64,000 nt of DNA, taken from positions 260 through 64,259 of the forward strand of contig JBBQIQ010000004.1 of the NCBI GenBank assembly GCA_038325075.1. The letters run 5' to 3'. Made by a program: the position numbers and the translations under genes. Below, piece by piece: positions 8,746 through 17,686 of the stretch (the stretch's first letter is position 1; the number at the start of each line of letters is the position of its first letter). A model generated the notes under the pieces. It had not been told where the DNA came from. It did not search any database and saw only the letters and a list, made by a program, of their open reading frames with translations. The stretch is from Bacteroidales bacterium (GTDB lineage: Bacteria; Bacteroidota; Bacteroidia; Bacteroidales; Lentimicrobiaceae).

Positions 8746-9498
8746 TTAGTAGTAAGTAATTGTCCTTTCGACAACCAAAACCGGTTGGTTGTTTATAAAG
8801 GACGATTTTCTTGTCCAGTTTTCCCTGCTATCCAACCGGTATAAGTTAGTGGTCGTGGATATTATATTTCCATCCGGTGAAAATTCATTTTCTTCAGACT
8901 CGTTTCCTTTGACGTCGTATTTGTAGGTAATCCGCTGCACCAGTTCACCATTGGCTTTGTATTTGTTAATCTCTGCTTTTTGGTTACTACTGTTATAGAC
9001 ATACCTGAATTTCTGAGATAAAACCCCTTCAGCATTCATTGTATTTTCCTCAAAAATATTCCCTTTGTCATCATAGAGATAAACCATTTTTTTGCCAGGG
9101 CGACCTTTATCGTCGTAGTTGATATCTTCCGAAAGTTTTCCCTGATCGTTATAATGATATACTATTTTAAAGTAGAGCAGATCATCAGCAGTATATATGG
9201 CCATTTCATTCCGCTTGCCTTCGATATCATAAGTATATGAATATTTTTTATCGACCGTGCTGTCAGGTTTGAGTTTGATATCCAGAATTTTATTCCCTTG
9301 TTCGTTAAATGTATTCAAATACCATTGATCTATCGAGCCTCTGGTTGATGTATTGCCTGCTTTAACCATTTGGTAGGTCTTCTCGTTTATAGATTTTACT
9401 TTCCCTTTTAAGTTGAGCCTGGTATAGTCATTATTTTGGCAAAAACCGGAAATTACAATAATAGGAAAGACAAAAAGCAGGATAATCAGTTTTTTCAT
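8746..9498 (-). CDS. Exported YD-repeat-like protein
   Basis: Signal peptide MKKLIILLFV (likely start); repeated Y-x-Y-[DN]-x-x-G-[NK] units about 23 aa apart. Confidence 0.7.
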   Translation of the reverse strand: MKKLIILLFVFPIIVISGFCQNNDYTRLNLKGKVKSINEKTYQMVKAGNTSTRGSIDQWYLNTFNEQGNKILDIKLKPDSTVDKKYSYTYDIEGKRNEMAIYTADDLLYFKIVYHYNDQGKLSEDINYDDKGRPGKKMVYLYDDKGNIFEENTMNAEGVLSQKFRYVYNSSNQKAEINKYKANGELVQRITYKYDVKGNESEENEFSPDGNIISTTTNLYRLDSRENWTRKSSFINNQPVLVVERTITYY

Positions 9499-9755
9499 TA
9501 TGAACGATTCTTTATTTGTTTTATAAACAAGTGGAAGCAGAGTTATAAACCAACCTTCAATCATGGAATCAACTGACTGAATATCTGGATTTGATCAGGG
9601 TTATTTTCAGTCAGCTTGATCAGACAGGTGATTTAAAAAATATATAAAACCGGGCTTATTGTTCCTTTGGAAGAAAAATAAGTCCGTTTCTTTTCGGGAA
9701 GAAAGGGTAAGCAGAAAAGAGGTTGGTGCTCTCCGCAAAACTCTCCTTAAATCAA

Positions 9756-9857
9756 TCAGCTTTTAGTCTTCTTCTCTTTTTTTTCGAGCCTCTTTTCTTT
9801 CAGGGTTTTAGTAGGGGCTTTCTTGGTTTCTTTCTTTGCATCCTGTGATTTTGCCAT
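9756..9857 (-). CDS. 33-aa lysine-rich small protein (MAKSQDAKKETKKAPTKTLKEKRLEKKEKKTKS)
   Basis: Hand translation; ATG after an A-rich leader, followed by a hairpin at ~9648-9690. Confidence 0.55.
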   Translation of the reverse strand: MAKSQDAKKETKKAPTKTLKEKRLEKKEKKTKS

Positions 9858-10144
9858 GGCCAATAGATTTAGTGGTTAATAGAAATGTTAATTCCCAATT
9901 CCGGATAATCGGTTTATAATACAAATATACTAAGCAAAACCAATAAAGTGGGAAAAAAGTTGCTTTGTTTCAAATTTCTTTATCAGCGGAATAATGAGCT
10001 TCGCCAGGTCTTATCAGGTTCACACATGACGTTATAAATTTTATGAAGAGAAATTCAGCGTTACTCCCTTTAGCCCTGACCGGAGTGGAAGTTGATTATT
10101 CGGGCTATATTGCCACGAATGCTTTGCATAGAATAATAATTTAT

Positions 10145-10185
10145 ACCTAAGTTGAGCGATTTGAGCAAAGCGAAAAAGCGCTTTA
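10145..10185 (+). repeat. ~40-bp dispersed imperfect hairpin, copy 1 (ACCTAAGTTGAGCGATTTGAGCAAAGCGAAAAAGCGCTTTA)
   Basis: Near-identical inverted copy at 17024-17063. Confidence 0.8.
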
Positions 10186-10828
10186 CAAAGGTAAACCCCG
10201 ATTTGGAAATTGTTGCAATTCACCATAGCCATAAAACTGTTTTTTTGTGAATTGCTTACAATTTCCTGATCGATTGAGCTATTTTCCTTTTCAAATCGCT
10301 CAATTTGGGTCATAATCTGTATTTTTTTTGGTAAACGGGTGATCTATCAGTTTAACTGGAATACAAGCATTGGTAATCAATTCGTTAATATAGGGTTTTA
10401 TTGTCCCTTTGGCCATCGGGATCGTGCGTTGGCACTTTTCCCCATAAATCGTATAGGGTTTGGCAGATTTTTATTATCCACCAACCTGAAAAATAGATGC
10501 ATAAAAATTTGGAATTTTCTGTTTATTGCAATATATTTATGTCACTATTCCAAGTCCGGGTTTTTCACCCGAAAACGCCGGTATAGAAACGGCGCTTTTC
10601 ATTACTCAACCCTACATATTCCTTTGTAAAAAATAACGTAAAACTCAGGTTACTCCAAAAACCGGGTTTAAACATAGCAATCTGGTAGTATAAACTCAGT
10701 TTTAACAATTGGCAGTGAAGAATAGATATGCTACCCAACCCAATGAAATTATCAGAAACGCTAATATTGAAAGGGTTTTAACTCAAAGCAAATATAACTA
10801 ATCCGGAAAACATTAAAAGGCTGATCTT

Positions 10829-11496
10829 ATGAAAAAAGTGATTTTAATAACAGCAATTGCCCTGTTCACCATGCTGGGTTTGAATCTTTATTCCCAGGTA
10901 GCCATCAACACCGATGGTTCAGCACCCGATAATTCAGCCATGCTGGATGTGAAATCAACCACAAAGGGGATTTTACCTCCCCGAATGACAACCGAACAGA
11001 TGAACAGCATTATTGCCCCATCCTCGGGGCTGCTGGTTTACAACATCACGGTGAATTCGTTGTATTGGTTTGATGGGTCAACCTGGAAACGGTTCAACGA
11101 GTTAAGCTTTACCGAAACGGACCCTATCTTCACAGCACATCCGGCATTTGGCATTACCTCCGGAAATATCAGTAACTGGAATAGTGCTTATACTAACCGG
11201 ATCACATCTGCAACAGGATCTGCTCCTTTGACTTTATCCATTTCGAACAATCAGCTTTCGGGTTCCATGCCCGCATCAGGGGCAACTACCAGCGGCTATT
11301 TAACCTCAGCCAATTGGAACACTTTTAACAATAAAGTCAGCAGCCAATGGACGGCCGCGGTTCCTGGGGTTACTGCTTGAGCAGTTCGCAGAACAGTTCG
11401 ATCTTCAGCTGGCGCCTGGGCTTCTACGGGGGCAACAGCAGCATGGACAACCTCAGCAAGGCCTATGGGTCCCCCCTGCGCTACCTCAGAGACTGA
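10829..11496 (+). pseudogene. Internally deleted surface protein: intact N-terminus (signal peptide, VAINTDGSAPDNSAMLDV) joined out of frame to a FISUMP-like C-terminal tail
   Basis: The ORF stops at 11380. A shifted frame (11353-11496) reads GRGSWGYCLSSSQNSSIFSWRLGFYGGNSSMDNLSKAYGSPLRYLRD*, matching the YWSS...K..G.S.RC.RD terminus of FISUMP-type domains. Confidence 0.7.
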
Positions 11497-11674
11497 GTGC
11501 GCCCAGAAACACATTAAACGACCGGTACGAATAAAGCCGGAAACTATAAGTGAATATGCTGTAATCCAGTAAGATGGCAAAAATGTATAAAAAATTGTGC
11601 ATTCTTGCTATTTTCCTATTTGGGCGCTATTGTAAAATGATAATAGAAGTATTACCTTTGTAAAAAAGTTATTT

Positions 11675-11863
11675 GTGAAAATAAGGGAAGTGATCAGATT
11701 AATTGAAGATGACGGTTGGTTTCCATTAAAAACAGGACCGACCAGTCACAAACAATTCAAACATCTGACCAAGAAAGGTAGGGTAACTATTGCCGGCAAG
11801 TTATCAGACGATGTACTTCCCAAAACATTTAATTCAATCCTAAAGCAAGCCGGATTAAAATAA
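11675..11863 (+). CDS. hicA: HicA family toxin
   Basis: 62 aa, GTG start, DGW...SHKQFKH...GRVTI; TACCTTTG promoter element at 11653-11660. Confidence 0.9.
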   Translation: MKIREVIRLIEDDGWFPLKTGPTSHKQFKHLTKKGRVTIAGKLSDDVLPKTFNSILKQAGLK

Positions 11864-11889
11864 TTGATTAAACTGAAGTAATAAGAAAC

Positions 11890-12294
11890 ATGGAAAAAAT
11901 AAATGTCATCCTCGAAAGAGGCAGCAGTAACTACAGTGCGTTTATTCCTGAACTACCAGGATGTATCGCAACAGGGGAATCACTTACGGAGCTTGAGAAA
12001 AACCTCAGGGAGGCATTACAGTTACACCTTCGGGGAATAGAAGAAGACGGCGATCCGGTTCCGTCACAGTTCATGGGTGAATTTCAATTGATGTACACTT
12101 TTGATATTGTAACTCTTCTTTCATACTATGACAAGGTTTTTACCAGAAGGGCCTTAAGCAGGCTCACAGGAATAAATGAAAGCTTATTGAGTCAATACGC
12201 CAGCGGATTAAAAAAACCTCGTCCGCTTCAAACCCGGAAAATTGCTGATAACCTGCATAAATTAGGACAGGAGCTTTTACAGGTTCAATTCTGA
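11890..12294 (+). CDS. hicB: HicB family antitoxin with C-terminal HTH
   Basis: YSAFIPELPGCIATGES motif; C-terminal LSRLTGINESLLSQYASG. Confidence 0.9.
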   Translation: MEKINVILERGSSNYSAFIPELPGCIATGESLTELEKNLREALQLHLRGIEEDGDPVPSQFMGEFQLMYTFDIVTLLSYYDKVFTRRALSRLTGINESLLSQYASGLKKPRPLQTRKIADNLHKLGQELLQVQF

Positions 12295-12505
12295 AACTTA
12301 CTTTCGCCCCGCTGCCCGGAATTTAGCTTCTTGAGCTCATTTATTAGTTTATAATTCTGGTTAAATCATGACAAGAAATTCAGATACATATAAGTATTTG
12401 ATTTTATTTGTAAATAGAGCAGTTTTCTTTATATCGTTAGACAAAATCTGATTTATATTCTAACATACACATTTATAATAAATTAGATTATTTCTGTATA
12501 AATTC

Positions 12506-12591
12506 TATCCGTTTATAACCGTTTATAACCGACTACATCCGTAAGTAAATGACTATTAACCGAATCAGGTTGGTAGCCCGTTGTAGTTTTG
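12506..12591 (+). promoter_or_regulatory. 10-bp-phased CCG repeats followed by a -7 promoter element upstream of the ssb cluster
   Basis: CCG at 12509, 12519, 12529, 12539 (CCGTTTATAA x2, CCGACTACAT, CCG); TAGTTTTG at 12584-12591. Confidence 0.6.
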
Positions 12592-12680
12592 CTTCATCGT
12601 TCAATCACAAGTAAGGATTGGAAAAGTTAAGTAAGTAAAATGTTGAACATGCCCGCTAAAGGGCGCAAAACTAAAAAACA

Positions 12681-13025
12681 ATGAAAGCATTAAACAACCG
12701 CGTACAGTTGATCGGCCACCTGGGGGCAGATCCTGAAGTAAAAACATTCGAAAACGGAAGCATGATGGCCCGCCTGTCTCTGGCAACCTTCGAGCGTGCA
12801 ACCGGGGTAAAGGGCGAAAAAGCCGTGCGTACCCAATGGCACCAGTTGGTGGTATGGGGCAAACTGGCCGAAATCTGTGGCAAATACCTGCAAAAAGGGC
12901 GTGAAGTAGCCGTGGAAGGACGCATCGCCTACCGTACGTTCACCGATGGCGAGGGCAACAGCCGCCTGATTACTGAAATTACTGTTAACGATCTGCTGAT
13001 GATCAGCGGGCGCCAGGCAGTCTGA
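12681..13025 (+). CDS. ssb: Short single-stranded DNA-binding protein, paralog 1 (no acidic tail)
   Basis: VQLIGHLGADPE, TQWHQLVVWGKLAE, KGREVAVEGRI. Confidence 0.9.
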   Translation: MKALNNRVQLIGHLGADPEVKTFENGSMMARLSLATFERATGVKGEKAVRTQWHQLVVWGKLAEICGKYLQKGREVAVEGRIAYRTFTDGEGNSRLITEITVNDLLMISGRQAV

Positions 13026-13084
13026 GTCAAATGCATAACATAAAAATTAAAAAAAACATAAAAGATCTTTAAAAACGTACAACC

Positions 13085-13432
13085 ATGAACAATCTTAAAA
13101 ATACCGTGCAACTGATTGGCCGCCTTGGTGCTGATCCCGAAATAAAAACCCTGGAGGGAAACCTTAAAGTTGCCCGGCTCAGAATGGCAACCGATGAAGA
13201 ATACAAAAGCAAAACCGGTGAAAAGGTAAAACAAACCCAATGGCATAACCTTGTTGTCTGGGGTAAGCTTGCAGATATCTGCGAAAGCTATCTCTGCAAA
13301 GGCAAAGAAGTTGCCATTGAAGGCAAACTTGGATACCGGGTTTACACCGACAAGGAAAACAACAAGCACTTTATCACAGAGATCAGGGTAAATGATCTTA
13401 TGATGGTTGGCCCTAAACCGGCAGCAGAATAA
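13085..13432 (+). CDS. ssb: Short single-stranded DNA-binding protein, paralog 2 (no acidic tail)
   Basis: VQLIGRLGADPE, TQWHNLVVWGKLAD, KGKEVAIEGKL. Confidence 0.9.
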   Translation: MNNLKNTVQLIGRLGADPEIKTLEGNLKVARLRMATDEEYKSKTGEKVKQTQWHNLVVWGKLADICESYLCKGKEVAIEGKLGYRVYTDKENNKHFITEIRVNDLMMVGPKPAAE

Positions 13433-13488
13433 ACCAATCAGCATTCATTCATGAACAGATTTATAAACAACCCAAAAACAAACAGACC

Positions 13489-13833
13489 ATGAACTCATTA
13501 AGAAACCGCGTACAACTGATTGGCCATCTTGGAGCCGATCCCGAAGTAAAAACCCTTGAAGGCAACAAAAAGGTAGCCAGGCTGTCGATTGCCACCAACG
13601 ACGAATACACCGACAAAAGCGGGCAGAAGGTAAAACAAACCCAGTGGCACAACCTGGTGGTGTGGGGCAAACTTGCCGAAACCTGCGAAAAATACCTGGC
13701 CAAGGGCAAGGAGATAGCCATTGAAGGCAAACTCACCTATCGCACCTGGGACGATAAGGATGGCAAGACCCACAACATTACCGAGATCATCGTGAACGAA
13801 TTGCTTATGATGGGCGGCAAGGGAAAAGAGTAA
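13489..13833 (+). CDS. ssb: Short single-stranded DNA-binding protein, paralog 3 (no acidic tail)
   Basis: VQLIGHLGADPE, TQWHNLVVWGKLAE, KGKEIAIEGKL. Confidence 0.92.
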   Translation: MNSLRNRVQLIGHLGADPEVKTLEGNKKVARLSIATNDEYTDKSGQKVKQTQWHNLVVWGKLAETCEKYLAKGKEIAIEGKLTYRTWDDKDGKTHNITEIIVNELLMMGGKGKE

Positions 13834-13849
13834 TTTTTACCTGATCAGT

Positions 13850-13885
13850 CAGCAAAAAGGGGCAGGCAACTGCCCCTTTTTGCTG
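13850..13885. terminator. Bidirectional intrinsic terminator after the ssb cluster
   Basis: Perfect hairpin CAGCAAAAAGGGGCAG-GCAA-CTGCCCCTTTTTGCTG. Confidence 0.85.
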
Positions 13886-14078
13886 TTATCAACTATTTAC
13901 GCACAAATGCCTAGTGATGCAATGGTTTTCCCGCCCTTGTCTTTTGAATATTGTTAATAAATAATTGCAATATGCACTCAGACAGCTAATTATATCTGAA
14001 ATATTTTGTTATTTAATAATATTTTTTCGTGTCAGAAAAGGAATTGATTGTAATTATATTTACGACACAGATGAAATT

Positions 14079-14603
14079 ATGAAAATAATAACAATGATTG
14101 CTTTAGCTGGTACATTTTTTATTGGGTGTAAGGCCCAGAAAGATACTCCCACGGAAGTGGGAATGGTTGATCTTCAAAAATATACCGGTTTGTGGTATGA
14201 TATTGCCTCATTTCCTATGCGCTTTCAAAAAGGCTGCCATTGCACCACTGCCGAATACACCATTATGCCGAAAGGTTATGTGAAAGTGGTAAACAAATGC
14301 CGCAAAGGCGGATTCAGTGCGAAGGTTAGTGGAATAACAGGAAAGGCCTTTCCCGTGAAGGGAAGTAACAATACCAAACTGAAAGTGCAGTTTTTCTGGC
14401 CTTTCAAAGGGGACTACTGGATAGTGAAATTAGATCCGGATTATAAATGGGCGGTCGTTTCATCACCCGGAAAGGATTACCTGTGGCTGTTAAGCCGAAC
14501 TCCTGTGATTGAGGAATCTCTGTATGATACAATTATAAATTCATTGAAAAATGAGGGGTACGATACCGCCAGATTGAAGCGAACGCCCCAGCCCTGTGAT
14601 TAA
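14079..14603 (+). CDS. blc: Lipocalin family lipoprotein
   Basis: Lipobox FIGC; VDLQKYTGLWYDIA, GDYWIVKLDPDY, YLWLLSRTP; likely start at MKIITM. Confidence 0.9.
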   Translation: MKIITMIALAGTFFIGCKAQKDTPTEVGMVDLQKYTGLWYDIASFPMRFQKGCHCTTAEYTIMPKGYVKVVNKCRKGGFSAKVSGITGKAFPVKGSNNTKLKVQFFWPFKGDYWIVKLDPDYKWAVVSSPGKDYLWLLSRTPVIEESLYDTIINSLKNEGYDTARLKRTPQPCD

Positions 14604-14627
14604 AGAACTTAATGAAAACGACCTACT

Positions 14628-16346
14628 ATGGCTAAGAAAACACTGAAAGATGAAGTTGCTGAAATGATTCACACTGCCGTAAGCCCAATTTATAAGGCGA
14701 ATAAAACAATCAGGAAAAACAGGAGTACTAAGACGATCCGCCGGAAGAAACCTGATCAGGAAGAGAAGGTTCCGGAAGTCCCTGTAATGTTAAATGGGAA
14801 ATCGAAAGTTGGAACAAAAGGCGGGGAAGCAAATATTGCCTCGAAAGAGCCAATAAAGCACTCAAAAACGATCACCGGAAAAAAACCTGAAACTGATCCA
14901 AAACCAACACCTCAAAAAGAGGTAAAGGAGTCGAAACCAAAAGTATATGGCAGGAAAGAACCTCTGATCAGTGATTTACCGGAAATGATTGCCCCGGTTC
15001 CCAAAGCTAAGCAGGTAAAACCATCGGGCCAGAAAAAAATCTTTGTGATTGACACTTCGGTTATTTTGTACAACCACGATTCTATCAATAATTTTGAAGA
15101 TAATGACGTAGCCATACCGATTACCGTACTCGAAGAACTCGATAACTTTAAAAAGGGCAACGACACCAAGAATTTCGAAGCCCGCGAGTTTATCCGGATT
15201 ATTGATGCACTCTCCGAAAACGGGATGCTCACCGACTGGATACCCTTAGTAAAATCAAAGGGCGGAAAGTTTAAAGTTGTGATGAATGAGAAGAGTTCGG
15301 TGGATGCCCGGCTGATTTTTGATGACAACAAACCCGACCACCGTATCCTGAATGCAGCGCTGGCACTTTCGCAGGAAAATCCGGACAGAAAAGTGGTGTT
15401 GGTTAGTAAAGACATCAACCTCCGCCTCAAGGCAAAATCGTTAAACATTGCCGCGGAAGATTTCCTGACCGGTAAAATTAAAGATGTTGAAGGTTTATAT
15501 ACCGGAATTTCAACCATTAACAATCTGAGTGGCAGAGTTATAGATAAATTATATCAACAGGGCTATTGTATGCCAAAGGATATCGGGGTTAAGAATCCGA
15601 TTCCGAACCAGTATTTCATTCTGAGAAATACCACCACATCCGCGTTGGCATTTTATAACTCATTGACAAAGAGAGTTGAGCGGATTGAGAAGAGATCAGC
15701 TTTCAGAATTACGCCACGCAATGCCGAGCAGGTATTCGCCCTGCACGCCATTCTTAATCCCGATGTTAAGCTGGTTACTTTACAGGGTGTGGCAGGTACC
15801 GGCAAAACCTTGCTGGCGCTGGCTGCAGCCCTTGATCAAAAACGCAATTTCAAACAGGTTTTCCTGGCCAGGCCTATTGTGCCGCTTAGCAACAAGGACA
15901 TCGGTTTCCTGCCAGGCGATATTAAATCTAAGATCAATCCCTACATGGAGCCGCTGTACGACAACCTCAAATTTATACAAAGTCAATACAGCGAGAAAGA
16001 CAAGGAGTATAAAAACATCACTGATTCATTGGATAATGAAAAACTGGTTATTCAGCCACTGGCTTACATTCGTGGGCGAAGTATCTCGAATGTTTGTTTC
16101 ATTGTGGATGAAGCCCAGAACCTCACCCCGCACGAGATAAAAACCATCATCACCCGTGCCGGGCAGGGGACTAAGATTATTTTTACCGGCGATATTTACC
16201 AGATAGATACACCCTATCTTGATGCGCAGAGCAACGGGCTATCCTATCTTATCGACAAGGTAAAGCACCATTCGATTTATGCTCATGTCAGGCTGGAGAA
16301 AGGGGAACGGTCGGAACTGGCCAACCTGGCCAACGATTTGCTCTGA
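14628..16346 (+). CDS. PIN-domain PhoH-family ATPase with long basic N-terminal extension
   Basis: PIN (VIDTSV...EELD...DHRIL), Walker A GVAGTGKT, RGRS, DEAQN. Confidence 0.92.
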   Translation: MAKKTLKDEVAEMIHTAVSPIYKANKTIRKNRSTKTIRRKKPDQEEKVPEVPVMLNGKSKVGTKGGEANIASKEPIKHSKTITGKKPETDPKPTPQKEVKESKPKVYGRKEPLISDLPEMIAPVPKAKQVKPSGQKKIFVIDTSVILYNHDSINNFEDNDVAIPITVLEELDNFKKGNDTKNFEAREFIRIIDALSENGMLTDWIPLVKSKGGKFKVVMNEKSSVDARLIFDDNKPDHRILNAALALSQENPDRKVVLVSKDINLRLKAKSLNIAAEDFLTGKIKDVEGLYTGISTINNLSGRVIDKLYQQGYCMPKDIGVKNPIPNQYFILRNTTTSALAFYNSLTKRVERIEKRSAFRITPRNAEQVFALHAILNPDVKLVTLQGVAGTGKTLLALAAALDQKRNFKQVFLARPIVPLSNKDIGFLPGDIKSKINPYMEPLYDNLKFIQSQYSEKDKEYKNITDSLDNEKLVIQPLAYIRGRSISNVCFIVDEAQNLTPHEIKTIITRAGQGTKIIFTGDIYQIDTPYLDAQSNGLSYLIDKVKHHSIYAHVRLEKGERSELANLANDLL

Positions 16347-16471
16347 TCATTCATGCGGTGTTTTTTGTTGCCGTTCCGGGAGTTTCTGTTGGGCCAGTTA
16401 AACCCCTGGCCCTGGGCGTTTTGCTCATACCTTCAAAGGCATCTTCCTTTGAATTGAAGGGTTGGCCTGGC

Positions 16472-16984
16472 TTATTTGTTTTGATTAAGTTTAAATCCAA
16501 CAGGTTTTATGCGTTTGTTGGCCTTTTGGTGCAATGCATCAATTTTGTCCAATAAAAACCTGAAAGCCTGGTTGAGTTTGGCGTCGAGTTTCAGGATCTC
16601 ATGTTTCAGTTCTTCGTTTTCCCTTAACAATGCCCTGTAACGGGCAAAAGCACGCATGATTTCGATGTTGATTTTGATGGCTTTTTCAGACCGTAATATC
16701 GATGAAAGCATGGCAACGCCTTGTTCGGTAAATGCCAATGGATTTACAGAAGAATGTTTCAGAATAGCTAACCGGTCACAATTTGTGACCAGTTCATATT
16801 TCTCTTCCTTAGAGAGTTCAAACATAAAATCTTCGGGAAAACGTTCAATATTACGTTTGACCTGTTGCTTCAACGCTTTTGTCGGAACACCATATAAAAC
16901 TGCCAGGTCAGCATCAATCATCACTTTGAAACCTCTGAATTGAAAAATCATGGTTTCGTATTCCGGTTTTATTAAACTATCCAT
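16472..16984 (-). CDS. ORF6N domain DNA-binding protein
   Basis: VMIDADLAVLYGV...KRNIERFPEDFMFEL, AFTEQGVAMLSSIL. Confidence 0.9.
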   Translation of the reverse strand: MDSLIKPEYETMIFQFRGFKVMIDADLAVLYGVPTKALKQQVKRNIERFPEDFMFELSKEEKYELVTNCDRLAILKHSSVNPLAFTEQGVAMLSSILRSEKAIKINIEIMRAFARYRALLRENEELKHEILKLDAKLNQAFRFLLDKIDALHQKANKRIKPVGFKLNQNK

Positions 16985-17023
16985 TATTCTTGATTTTTAT
17001 ATATTTCACCCAAATCGCCTGAA

Positions 17024-17063
17024 TAAAGCGCTTTTTCGCTGGCTCAAACCGCTCCACTTAGGT
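17024..17063 (-). repeat. ~40-bp dispersed imperfect hairpin, copy 2, upstream of the ORF6N gene
   Basis: Minus strand ACCTAAGTGGAGCGGTTTGAGCCAGCGAAAAAGCGCTTTA; matches 10145-10185. Confidence 0.8.
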
Positions 17064-17140
17064 TTCAATTGATTTTCAGCAACTTTTGAAGCTTCGGCCC
17101 AAATTCTGCACTTTTTCTTAAATCCGGTTTTTTTTGATGC

Positions 17141-17686
17141 TCAGTTCTCCGTAAGAACCTTATATTCAAGCTGAACAAGGCCGGTTGGGAAATCCCGGAA
17201 TTTGGTCAGTTTCAGATTCTGTACTGGAAATCCGGGCCGGAAAAGCAGAATGCCATCTCCAGGTAATACAGGAATGATTGAGATAATCATCCGATCTATC
17301 AAATGCTCTTTCAGCAGCGAAAGTGCCACTTGTGAACCTCCGTCAACAAAGATATCCAGCCCTTTTCCGGCTTTTAGATTTCTGATAAGCGTCGGCAGAT
17401 ACTTTCCGTAGTACTCAGAATTGCCTGTTGTACCTTGTCTGCTTCCCGAGATTATATATACTTTTTTCCCTTCGTAGGGTTGTGGAATGCTAAAGGAGAG
17501 AATCGTATCCCAGGTTTTTCTGCCCAAAACCACCACATCAATAGTTGAAAAAAAATCCCGATAGCCATAGTCTTCGCCGTCTGTTTCAACCAATTTCAAA
17601 AAGCTGATATCACCTTGCTGGTCAGCGATATAGCCATCGAGACTCATGGCAATAAAGAGCACAGCTTTCCGGTTGTCAACAGCCAT
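17141..17686 (-). CDS. Dihydrofolate reductase / RibD C-terminal family protein
   Basis: IAMSLDGYIAD, VLGRKTW, IFVDGG, DRMIISIIPVLPGDG. Confidence 0.88.
   Translation of the reverse strand: MAVDNRKAVLFIAMSLDGYIADQQGDISFLKLVETDGEDYGYRDFFSTIDVVVLGRKTWDTILSFSIPQPYEGKKVYIISGSRQGTTGNSEYYGKYLPTLIRNLKAGKGLDIFVDGGSQVALSLLKEHLIDRMIISIIPVLPGDGILLFRPGFPVQNLKLTKFRDFPTGLVQLEYKVLTEN

Noticed and set aside
10041-10629. ORFs 10041-10313 (-) and 10339-10629 (+)
   Set aside because: No recognisable motifs; the first reads through the dispersed hairpin. Possibly decayed gene debris, but unsupported.
11353-11496. A complete DGR, or a template repeat, in this window
   Set aside because: No reverse transcriptase or second copy here, and the segment has few AAC codons, so it looks like a variable region rather than a template.
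17010-17063. Integron attC site (GCCTGAA...CTTAGGT)
   Set aside because: Both core boxes deviate from RYYYAAC/GTTRRRY, and there is no integrase or cassette array.
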